The notes below the pieces were generated by a model that saw only the letters and a program-made list of their open reading frames with translations, did not search any database and had not been told where the DNA came from. A stretch of 64,000 nucleotides of DNA from Strigamia acuminata. Its lineage: Eukaryota. Shown piece after piece: positions 25,501 through 37,500 of the stretch. The position numbers were made by a program, and so were the translations under genes. The stretch's first letter is position 1. Every line of letters begins with the position of its first letter. The stretch is taken from positions 496,001-560,000 of the forward strand of contig OX442314.1 in the NCBI GenBank assembly GCA_949358305.1. Direction: 5' to 3'.

Positions 25501-28500
25501 ATTTGAATTTCGTGTGTTGTCAATACAAATCCCTTTTCTTTTATTCTTTCAGATCTTCTTACTCCTTGTTTTTTCAATGCTTCTTCTTTTTTATTCTTTT
25601 CAATTTCGTGTTTTCTCTGCATTTCTTCCTTGGTTGTTCCTTTTGGTCTTCCTCTTTTTCCTTTTTCGTGATTCTCATTGTTTGTTGTATTCTGCTCATC
25701 ATCATTTGGCATCATGACGTTTCCTTCGTTTTCATGTTCTGCATTTTGAATCTCTGTGTTTTCTTCCTGAATTTCTTCCTCGTTTTCAGATGACACTATT
25801 CTATCCCCGTTGCTCCCTTCTTCTAGATCGGGTTCCTTTTGTTCATTAATGACCTCTTTTTCATCTGTTGACAAATCGATGGTTTCTTCGTCTTCCTCCT
25901 CCGAGCTGTCGTCCACTCTTGGTGTGTTTGTCTCAGCAATTTCTCCTTTGTTTTTCCATTTATGCATTCCCTTTGTGGTCTCATCAAATTTGACATCTGA
26001 TGTTTCATGAACTTTGTTCTTTTTAAAATCATATATGCGGTAGGCTTTCCTGTTTGTCGCATATCCAATAAAAATTCCCACACTGCATTTGTCTTCCAAC
26101 TTTTTTCTGTGTCCTTTTCGTAACATGTACGCCGTGCATCCAAATTTTTTGAAATATGCCACGCTTGGCTTGTAGTCTGACCACACTTCTTCCGGCGTCA
26201 ATCCGTGTATTTTGGTTACACAATGATTTCGAATTTTCATCGCTGTAAGTGCCGCCTCGCCCCAAAAATATTTCGGCAATTCTGAGTCCTTTAGTAAACA
26301 CCGGATCATTTCCATTATTGTCCTGTTTTGTCTTTCAACGATGCCATTGCTCTCGGGCGTGAACGCTGTCGTCAATTGGTGATGTATGCCTCTCTCATTT
26401 AACCAATGTTCAAAACCGTCCGACGTAAATTCTCCCCCGTTGTCAGATCTCAGAAATTTCACTTTCTTTTCTTTCTGTCTCTCCCATTTTTCAATTTGCG
26501 TTTTTATGGCTTCTTCTGCTCCATTTTTCCTTTCTAACAGCGAAATGTTGATTTTTCTGGAAAAATCATCGACCATTATCATAATGTATTTTTTCCCAGT
26601 TGGGGTTTTAGGTTTGAGCGGCCCCATCAAGTCCACGTGAATCAATTCAAGCACCGTTTTTGACTGTCTATCTGTGATTGTCTTGTGCGTTTTTCTTGTC
26701 AGTTTGCTGGTGATGCAGACGTCACATATTTGCCCTTCTTCTCTGTCCTTGCACTCTATCCCCCTCACGATATTTTTCGTCTTCATCTCGCTAATTGCGC
26801 CGAAATTTACGTGTCCCATCCTTTGGTGCCATGTTTTAATTTTTTCATGGGCTATCAGTCCTCTCTCTCTTGGCATCAGTTGGGTTTTTATCACGTATCT
26901 GTCTCCAATCCTTTCTCCAAACATTGCGTATTTGTTGCATGTCATCTTCATTTCATTTTCGTGAGCAATTCGAACTTTTTCCTTGTCGTACACAACAATA
27001 AATCCTTTATCCGTCATTTTCGGCACTGACAACAGATTTTCTGTAATATTTGGTATATACAGAACATTTGTTAATAAAGTCTCAATTTTTCCCTCGTCTT
27101 GACTGACTCTGATGTCTCCAATGGCTTCCGTGTTTGTTACTCCCGACGCTGTTTCTATTTCTCTGCAGTCATCTCGTGCATTCATCAACCAGTCTCGTTC
27201 TCGTGTAATGTGGCTAGTCGCGCCAGAGTCGGATGTCCATTCAATCTGTTGTTCATTCGTTTCGGTCTCTGTTGTTTTTTCTCTCACCATCAAGGTTCTT
27301 TCCATTTTCGTCCCATTTTTATTTTTTTCACAGTGGTACACCTTGATTTTTCGTCCGGTTGACACGAGTGATTTGCGCGGAATTAATTCTCCATCTCTGT
27401 CTCGTTTGAATTCCGTTTTCCATATTTTCTCTTCTATTTCATCGCAAATGTGCTCCGTTTTTATTTCTCTCGCGGTCATTAGGTTTTCTTTTGGTCCTTT
27501 TCCTTTCCCGCGATGTCCACTCGTTCCACGTCCTCTCCCACGACCTCTGCTGGCATTGTTTTCTGTTTTCTTTTCGTCTCTGCAATCTGCGCTCATATGA
27601 CCCATTCGCCCACAATTGTAGCATTTTGGTCTGCTTCTACAGTCCTTTTTATAATGCCCTTTGCCTGAGCAATTATAACACACGATGTTTTTGAATTCTC
27701 TTGCTTTGTGAACATTTTCTGTGGGTTTTCTTTCATTGTTTTGTTTCTCTCCCTCACACAGTTTCAGTCCACTTCTCAAATCGGCCATTTTTATGTCTGT
27801 TTGAAAATTCAGCGCTTCTCTGGCATTCTGGAACTCTCTCCTCAGTCCGTTTTTTATATGAAAAATCAATTCGGTTTCTTCCATCTTTCCTCCAGCCTGC
27901 AAAAAACACTGCCTGAGTCCCTGTGCTCTGTTGCAATACTCGTCAATGTTCTCATTTTTCTCCATTTTGATGTGGGTCACCTCGTGATGCGCTTCCAGTT
28001 TTGTTCTCTCTGCGGTGCTTTGCATGTCTGTTTTTATTTGTTCCCACAAAGTTTTTGCATTCCGTTCATGCATGTAAATCATTTGTTTTGACTCACACAT
28101 GTTATCAATCATTATCATTTTTGCTTTGGCATTCATATCATCATATGCATTCCACTTCTTGTCAGCATCATCTCCTTTCACCTGACTTTGAGGTGGTTCA
28201 TCCTCTAATATCACACTTTTCCATAATTTTTTGCCTCTTAATCTGTCCTCCAATCTGCACGCCCACAAAGCATAGTTGCTGTCGGTGAGAGCGGGAATTC
28301 CTCCTCTATTGTCGTTTGGTGGCGCCATCTTGTGTTCGGAATCGCTACTATCACTGCTTTCACTTAACGTACTGTTTTGTGTGTTTCTGCTTTCACTGCT
28401 GTCCGTGTTTTCTTCTTCACTACTTTCGGTGCTTTCTTCTTCACTGCTTGGTAGTTTGATATTCTCCTCTCCTATTCCTTGTTGTTTCCAAAAATTCATT

Positions 28501-31500
28501 CACACGCTGCTCGTTGCACTGATTGGTTTCGGTTTTCGTATCGCTGCTCAAAATGTTTTTCTATTCACTTCTCAGTGCTAAGAACACTAACCGGCCTCTG
28601 CTACCATGTTAGATTCGGTGGAATAAAGTTCACAACTCACATACAAGATGAATAAACAAGTATAATGTTCCAAACTAATATCAAATTACACAGGTTGAGT
28701 ACACACGCATTACAGCTTCATCGTATCAGTATAACAATTCCCATCATTCCTAGCAACAACAAAAGATAATCTCAAACAAGGTATAATTAAATAACAAACT
28801 CTCTAACAGAGGAAGAATCCGAAACCAACATTGAACCAAATGAAAAAGTAACTCCGATATTAGATGAAGATGAGGAAACACAGGCAAATTTAGAAGTTAT
28901 GACACGAAATAATTTAACTAGAAAATTAAAAAAAGTGAAAATAAATGGACTGTCATGCTTTGTATATGCTGACCAAGAAGAACCATTTTCATTTGATGAT
29001 ATTCCAATTGAAAGTCTGTACGTGCCGTATATGATCAAACAAAAAAATGTTTTAATTCGAAAAACAACAGCTCTTAGACTTATCCATGAAAGAGGATTCT
29101 TGTCATCAGATAGACAATTACGTGTACAAGGAAAATTTTGATTGTAAATTTTAATATTTCAATAGTCTCAAATAAAACTAAATAAATGTTCATTTTATTA
29201 AATGTCTCAAATAAAATGAAAAAATATCTCCCACTTTACTAAATTTATTTGAAAAAAATCCGAAAAAATCATATGAATCTTTCTGAATCCCATCCGAATC
29301 CCATCCGAATCCCACCGAATCCTACCGAATCCCGCCGAATCCCTTCCGAATCTCCCCGAATCCCATCCGAATCCCCCGAATCTTTCCGAATCTTTCCGAA
29401 TCCCATCCGGATCTTTCCGAATCCCCCGAATCTTTCCGAATCTTTCCGAATCCCATCCGAATCTTTCCGAATCCCATCCGAATCTTTCGAATCCCAAAAA
29501 AGATTCGAATCTCTGACAAGCAGATTCTGATTGTCGCCCCCCTCGGTTTGATCTTCGTTGTCGTTGCTAGGTAACGAGAGAATCAAAAGACTAGAGCGCA
29601 CGTCGAGGGGGGCGACAATCAGAATCTGCTTGTCAGAGATTCGAATCTTTTTTGGGATTCGAAAGATTCGGATGGGATTCGGAAAGATTCGGATGGGATT
29701 CGGAAAGATTCGGAAAGATTCGGGGGATTCGGAAAGATCCGGATGGGATTCGGAAAGATTCGGAAAGATTCGGGGGATTCGGATGGGATTCGGGGAGATT
29801 CGGAAGGGATTCGGCGGGATTCGGTAGGATTCGGTGGGATTCGGATGGGATTCGGATGGGATTCAGAAAGATTCATATGATTTTTTCGGATTTTTTTCAA
29901 ATAAATTTAGTAAAGTGGGAGATATTTTTTCATTTTATTTGAGACATTTAATAAAATGAACATTTATTTAGTTTTATTTGAGACTATTGAAATATTAAAA
30001 TTTACAATCAAAATTTTCCTTGTACACGTAATTGTCTATCTGATGACAAGAATCCTCTTTCATGGATAAGTCTAAGAGCTGTTGTTTTTCGAATTAAAAC
30101 ATTTTTTTGTTTGATCATATACGGCACGTACAGACTTTCAATTGGAATATCATCAAATGAAAATGGTTCTTCTTGGTCAGCATATACAAAGCATGACAGT
30201 CCATTTATTTTCACTTTTTTTAATTTTCTAGTTAAATTATTTCGTGTCATAACTTCTAAATTTGCCTGTGTTTCCTCATCTTCATCTAATATCGGAGTTA
30301 CTTTTTCATTTGGTTCAATGTTGGTTTCGGATTCTTCCTCTTCATTTTGACTTAAATGGTCAGATCTGACAATGACATCCTTAACAAGTAAATTATCATT
30401 GAATATGTTGTTTGGATATAAAAAGCCGATCCCCACACTGTGCAATAATAGCACAGCTTTTCGTTGTGCCTTAGAAATACCGTCTATGATTATTTCATTC
30501 TTTGTTGGACAGCTAACATTTTGGAATGTCGAAGGCATTTCACCCATCTTAGATGAATATTTTTTTAATTTTGGCATCTTTAGAATGTTATTCGAATTGG
30601 CAGAAGCTCTGACAGCTAATTCGGATTCAATTCGATAAATTTTTTTTATCAACTCACTGAGACTGAAATTAACAATTGTTGAATTCACAACAGAGTAACT
30701 TCTGGCAATACGAAAGAGTTGTTCACATTGTTGCGATCCAAGTAATTGTGGTAAAAATGGCAATGAATTTTCTCTGCAAGTTTCAATAACACGTATTAAA
30801 CTGTGGCCATTTAATTCGATGCACTGATACGCATTGGTAGTTATAAAACTGTCCAGTTGCTTGCAAGTGGTACAGTTTTTTAACCAGAATCTCCATCCTC
30901 GTAAGATGAAAATCGCAGTCCAAATTTTCTCTATTCGTTTGAGAGGAGACAAGTCGTCTGCTAAAAAACAATCCAACACAAATTTCATCACTTTTAGATA
31001 CAATAATGTTCCTCTAAATTCTTCTTTTTTTTCAATTAATTCAAGAACATTTTTGGACACCATTCGCTCGACAGCTGCATAGTTCATCTTGTCTCGGCAA
31101 TCAAGATCAGAAAGTCTTAATGGATGTGAATCCTTTGAATTATTTTCCACTATATGCTGTAAATGTGAAATGCATATAAAACGGTGTCCAATTGGTAAAC
31201 GATTTTTCTTAAGCAAACGACAACGTAGCTTTGCCCCAATGTGAATAGTGTCCTGAATGAGAGAAAACTTTATGTTTCCATTCATAATAAACCATTTGTT
31301 TTCAGTTGAAGAAATCCTGTTTGGATCCTCTTCTTTTTCTTGAAAGACTGTTTTTGGTTCACAAAACAGACCACTTGATAACTGCATACTCCTTAATAAT
31401 TTCGGATCACCATCAGCGCTGAAACCTGCGATCACAATATCATTTGCATTGCACTCATCAAGTGTTGTTTTCCATCGGTTCAGAACATTAGTAGATGTGA

Positions 31501-34500
31501 ATTTATTATCACTTCCAAATAAACAAAAACAAATGGCTGGAACATTTGGACACATTGGTTGTGCCATAATAACGTATGCTTGATTAGCAAAATTATAATT
31601 TTTGAAGTAAGCTTTGACATCTGGTATGGATGTGAATGGAAACGTATTAATTTCCGGCAATCCACTTGCTGATATCGGTGAGACAAATCCAACACATGCA
31701 TTTTTATCGCCATCATAGTTGATTGATTGCACTAGGCGTGTTGCATCCTCACTTAACCAAACAGTGTTGTTAGTACAGTTGTACCTCTCCATATGTTGCT
31801 TCAAATAACCAATTCTTAGTTTTCCCTCTGTAATATCGTTTTGGAATTTTTTTAGGTATCTTTCAACCTGGCGACTGCTTGGTATACCGGAATTTAAATT
31901 CGCATATAAAATTGTGTATTTCGATGGTCCAAGCCACATAAATAACAACATAGCAAATTCTTTTATCGAATCTGAGTCGTATTCATTTCGTTTTCGTTTG
32001 GTATTTGAGATAGCTGCATCCCACATTAGCTGCAAAAAATTGCTGGGTTTAACCGTGGATTCAACAGTGTGTTCCAGGCTTGAGTGGTCTTCAGTAACTG
32101 CCGTACTTTGCTGCTGCAGCAAATGCGTTATAAAGTTGTTTAAATTTTTGTTTTCAATTAACAAGTGTCGAATTTCATCAAGAGGGTTGTAAAAATTGGT
32201 AATCTTTTGGCACATCGCACTTGATTGTAACAATTCCTTTTTGCTTTTTTCTTTTCTGTAATAAGCTCTGGAGTACATTTCTGCAATTTTATAAAAATTT
32301 GTTATCATTTGTAAAAGGCATAAAACAATTTATTTATTCATTACCTATTGGCGTGGTTGTTACAATATCTTGATTTGCACCCAACTCAAGATCTAATTGC
32401 ATTTCATTCGTACATAAGCTTACATTGTCATTATTTTCTGTAACATAATTAAACTGGTCATTATCATTATCATCGTTGTGGGTTATTTCTTCCCCATTCT
32501 TCTCTCCTGTTGCACGGAAATATAATGGCAAACTTTTTTGGGTCATGTTTCCAAATTTACACCTTTTAGCGCACTTTTCTAGATGTCTTGTTGCATTGAA
32601 AACAGTAAAGTGTTTATCTCTGATGTGCAATCGTATTTTCCCATTACACATCAAACACAACACCACAACTTCATAATGTTCAAATATATTGTCACTGCTT
32701 GATTCGCTGGAGGATACGGTAAATTTAAAATCTTTTTCGTGTTTTAAACTCTTTAGCGCTGGATCAGTCTGTTTTGCAAGCCATTTTCTCATTTTTAATT
32801 TCACATCAGTGTAAATTATGGATTCATGAGTGTCGGTTTCTGACGTATTGGTGTTTGATGTGGTGCTTTTTTCAGTTCCATAGTTGCAAAACTTCTGACC
32901 ACAAGAATCATTAGCTTTGTCTGACAGTCTCAGCCGCTTATGTGTTTTCACCACGGTTTTCTCGTTGTCATCGATTTTCCTTCGACAGATATCTTTAAAT
33001 CGTGTTATTTCTTCATGTTGTCCAGGTGCAAAACGAAATTTCTCGGGCTTTTTATGGAATTTTCCATAAATCGCTTTCAGCTCTTTCTCATCTTCGTATA
33101 GATCAGCTGTATCCTGCAGATATTTTTCAATCAATTCATTGCTTTCAATTTTTGAAATTCCAGTTAATGTGAAATATCCTGCAGCTTTCAAGCAGGCTTG
33201 GATCTGTGGCGAAATATCATTCTCTGTTGCGAATTGCCAAACCGTTCCATCCGACATCCTTCCCACAGAAAAAGAAATCTGAAGCAAAACATTATTTATT
33301 AGTAAAGCTGCTATTTTTGCGGGCCTAAAACGACGTAATTGTAGCCGGAAAGCGGATCAAAAAACCGCCCTTTTGCAGACGCATTGCGAAGTTATTGCCG
33401 GCTCATTTTTTGGGTGTAAATAACAATTTTTTTTAACCTAAAAATGAATTTTTTTAACATAAAAATGAATTTTTGGTCCAAAAAATAAATTTTTCGTCCA
33501 AAAAATAAATTTTTTGTCAAAAAAATGAATTTTTTTTAACCTAAAAATGAATTTTTCGTTCAAAAAATGAATTTTTCGTCCAAAAAATGAATTTTTGGTC
33601 GAAAAAATGAATAATATCCTCGATAATATCTTTGCGAGACACCTCTATCATTGGCCAATATAAGTAAAAGTAAGGTAAATTATAAAAAAATTTGTTCATT
33701 ATTCCATTCGATTCCATTACATTTGTGTATGGAATATAAAAAAAGAATCAGGTAATATATTTTATTTATTTTGTTTTATTTATAATCCATACTCAAATTT
33801 AATAAAAAAAAACAAAAAAAAAAGATCTTATTTTGCTAATTACAAATTTTAAAGAGTTTCATTTTCCTTTAAATTAATAACTTACAAGTTAGTAGTAAAT
33901 CAAATCAGATTTTTTTTTCATTAGAATAAAAAAAACGAATAATATATTTTCTTGTGGAATAAGGAACATTTTTTTTAGTAGGAATTTGGCGATCATTTCA
34001 ACCAAAATCGGTGAAAATAGCCCGAAATAGCCCATACGTCGCCATACGTATATTTCAACCGATATCAATAGAAATAGCTTTTCCGAAATATCAAATTAAC
34101 GCGCACTTAGTTCATAATCTGTTACCGTACTAATTATTCAATTTCAATTCAATTTCAATTCAAGTTTGACTCGAATTTCACCGTAGCGCTAAAAAAATCG
34201 TCGACTTTCGTAACAATTTTCGTATGGTCGTATGAATGGAACTTGCCAGAGGAACCTGTAGTTGGAACGAAAAGCATCATAAAAATAATCAATGAGAAAA
34301 TAATAATCCGCAAAAGTCTTACCTTTAATAGGATAAAGTAAAATACGAGGTAAAATAGCACGCAATCCAACTCAATCACAATTGCGAACAATGTTGAATT
34401 CCGGGATTAATTTGAAGTTCGCGCTAAATCATAAATGCGCATGCGCAGATACCGCGCAGCGAGGTGCGCAGGTATAATTTCCTCCGATACGGACAATTTC

Positions 34501-37500
34501 AACGACAATTTCCGACAATTTCAATGTGGAACATTTATTTCTCGATTTATTTACAGTTGTCAGTTATTCCCTTGGTTATTCCAGTTTTTTGTAAAAATAT
34601 TATTACATTTTTTTATCATAAATTTTGACTTTATTTTCCTCGATTTGTATACAATTTAAAGATTCGAGATTCGAAGATTCGGTGGGATTCGGAAAGATTC
34701 GGGCGGGATTCGAAAAGATTCGGGCGGGATTCGGAAAGATTCGGGCGAGATTCGGAAGCCATTGTCAGAGATTCGGTCAAATGTCGCACCCCTCGGATCA
34801 AACTCTCTCTAATCGATTCTTATTCCGAGCCAATTTGCCAAAAAAATCTCAAACTATAAGTCGGAGAATCTAAAATTAACGCACCCGGTTTCTAATTTTA
34901 AGATTTCGACTGATTTATGGTTCGGATTTCGTTTTTTTTAAAATTCTAGTTCAGTTGTGAATAGTTTTTTTTAACGAGTTGACAACTCAACTGGATTAGG
35001 AGATTCTCCGGCACCGCGCAGGCGCTAAAAAGTATATAAAAATGATGTAATCTAATCGTAGCCAATAAGATGGGATTATTTTGAAAGGTTACCCAGATCA
35101 GATCGTCTATTTTTTATCGGTCGAGAATCGAGATCAACAATGGACGGGAATTTGATTTTTGTAGGTGGGAGAAAGTCGATCAACGGCTGGGCGAAAGAAA
35201 TTCACCTTTCCAGGTCGTCATCGAGTTTGAACCGGGAGACGAAAACTCGCATCTGGCGATCGACGATGTTCGTCTGGAAAATTGTTTCCCCGGTAAAAAT
35301 AACCGACATTCATCATTTTCTTTTCAATTTTTTTAAATTTTGACTTTTTTAAATTCTTTTTTTAAAAGATACGTTGCCAAGTCCTGGCTCGTGCGATCTG
35401 CGCCACCATTTTGACTGCGGCGAGAAATGCATCGAGCGCAGCCATGTTTGTGACCTGCACGTGGACTGTGCGAGAGGAGAGGACGAAACTCAGGAATGTG
35501 GTGAGTTGGAATTGAGGAATACATTTTATATATTTTTTATTTCTGCATCGATTATTGTGTAGAGAAAATTCCCCACCACGCCAAGTGTAATTTCGAGGCG
35601 GACGACGACACAATGTGCGGCTGGAGTAACGATCAAACGGATCATTTGGATTGGATTCGACACCAGGGGTCGTTGGAGAAACGGGGCCCGCCGCACGACC
35701 ACACTTATAAAAATTCATCAGGTGGGAGATTAATTGACCTAATTGTGTGGACTTTGTCAAAATGTAGCCCCCAAATCTCATCTCATGTCCAGGATGAATA
35801 ATTCTTAATTATGTTGGAATTTGGGCCTGAAATTTGAGTTTTCTTAATTTTCTGAAGATTATTACTAAAATGTGGGTAAATTTATAGAACTTTAGGCCAA
35901 TTTCCTACGTTTTGGACATTTAGAAATGCTTTTTATGCTTGTTTAAGTTCTGTTCTTATTGAAAAAACTTGGTAAAAACGGGGTAATACTGCGGTATCGT
36001 ATTACCCGGCTTATTGCCGCATGCCGTTGGTCATGGGTTTATGTTTATGACCGTTTTCAAATTGCGCCAAAGAAGTCTATACTGGCATGCCGGTATAGAG
36101 CGAAACATGCCGGTACAAGTGACAAAACTGGTTTTGTTTTTTTTGTTTAAAAGAGCCCAGATGATAAATTATGTTAAAATTTGGGCCTGAAATTTAAGTT
36201 TTCTTGATATTCTGAAGATTCTGAAGATAAAATGCACTTTTTAGAGTTAAAAATGCACTTTTTAGAGTTAAAAATGCACTTTTTAGAGTTAAAAATGCAC
36301 TTTTTAGAGTTAAAAATGCACTTTTTAGAGTTAAAAATGCACTTTTTAGAGTTAAAAATGCACTTTTTAGAGTTAAAAATGCACTTTTTAGAGTTAAAAA
36401 TGCACTTTTTAGAGTTAAAAATGCCCTTTTTGGAACAAAATTTGACCATTTGAAAAGAAATATAACTTTTTCGACGTAAAAACAAATCGGCAACGTGGAA
36501 TTATGTGGTCGGATTTAAGGAGCATTAATTGTATCATTACGAAATCTAAAGGAATATTTTAAACTGAGTATTCCGAAGTTGTTAACCACTCTGTTTGTTT
36601 GAACAGGTCATTTTTTATATTTGAACATGAAGCAAAGTCACGCCGGTTTTGGTTCGAATGCCACCCTGAATAGCGCTTCGTTCCCACCTCCGCCCAAATA
36701 TCACGGACAAATCCATTCCCCTTTCTTCAACTCCTGTCAGGTAAGAGAGAGAGAAGGGAAATTGCACATTTTCCATCTGAGCGTCTGCAATTTGCTTTTC
36801 TTTTAACATCCCTTAGGTCCGGTTTGCGTATTTCATGTTCGGCATGACTTCTGGCGCTTTGGCATTAAATTGCATCGAAAAACCGCCCAGGAGGGACGAA
36901 AAAGCGACAATATTGTGGCGAAAAGCCGGCAAACAGAAGGATGATTGGATTAGGGCCACGGTGCCTCTGCCAAAACTGCTCTACAGGTGAGTGAAAGAAA
37001 ACTCGAAACGAAAGAGAATATTTGTCTATACTCCGAACCGATGTAACGTTGTCCTATTTCACTGGTGTAGTGGCACAAAAAAGTAGCCCGAAACACTAGA
37101 ATCGTAATCGAACTCCAGACATTGTGATCGATTACCAACACTTGTTTCATTGTCGAAGGTGATGCTTAAGCCTGCTATTTTTGCGGACTTAAAACAGTGA
37201 AATTGCGGTTGGAAAGCGGCATTAAAAAACGGCATTTTGCGGACTTATTGCGGGCTTATCCGGCAAATTTTTGACCAAAATTTTAAGGTTTTAAACAAAA
37301 TTTGAAGTTTTTAAAGGAAATTTAAAGTTTTTAAAGAAAATTTGAAGTTTTTAAACAAAATTTGAAGTTTTTAAACATAATTTAAAGTTTTTAAACATAA
37401 TTTGAAGTTTTTAAACATAATTTGAAGTTTTTAAACAAAATTTGAAGATTTTAAACAAAATTTGAAGTTTTTAAATGAAATTATTACGTAATACGGTATC

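Larger units (their letters stand above)
23702..28808 (-). mobile_element. Full-length Ty1/copia LTR retrotransposon
   Basis: 202-bp LTRs with TGTTAGA...TCTAACA ends; 5-bp TSD GAGGA (23697-23701 and 28809-28813); PBS TGGTAGCAGAGG complementary to the initiator tRNA-Met 3' end; PPT AAGAGGGGGA next to the 3' LTR; one gag-pol ORF. Confidence 0.98.
19242..29545 (+). mobile_element. P-element-superfamily DNA transposon, copy A (interrupted by copia)
   Basis: Termini CGAGGGGTGCGACA...TGTCGCCCCCCTCG (14-bp TIR, 1 mismatch), subterminal CCGAATC arrays, transposase gene. Length is 5192 bp once the 5107-bp copia and its 5-bp TSD are removed. Confidence 0.92.

Noticed and set aside
23977..28581. Many plus-strand ORFs over the copia element
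   Set aside because: Antisense shadows of the gag-pol ORF; no env-like or other motifs.
29207..29942. Repetitive ORFs (GFGKIR/PSES repeats)
   Set aside because: Translations of the CCGAATC subterminal arrays.
19242..34795. A single giant foldback or Polinton-like element with 5-kb TIRs
   Set aside because: Outer flanks are not a direct TSD pair. Each arm has its own TIRs and the spacer carries both TSDs, so these are two elements.
36174..36493. Repetitive ORFs (FNSKKCI / MHFLELK)
   Set aside because: Stop-free frames of a 21-bp minisatellite. Likewise the repeat tails of ORFs at 63195-63843.
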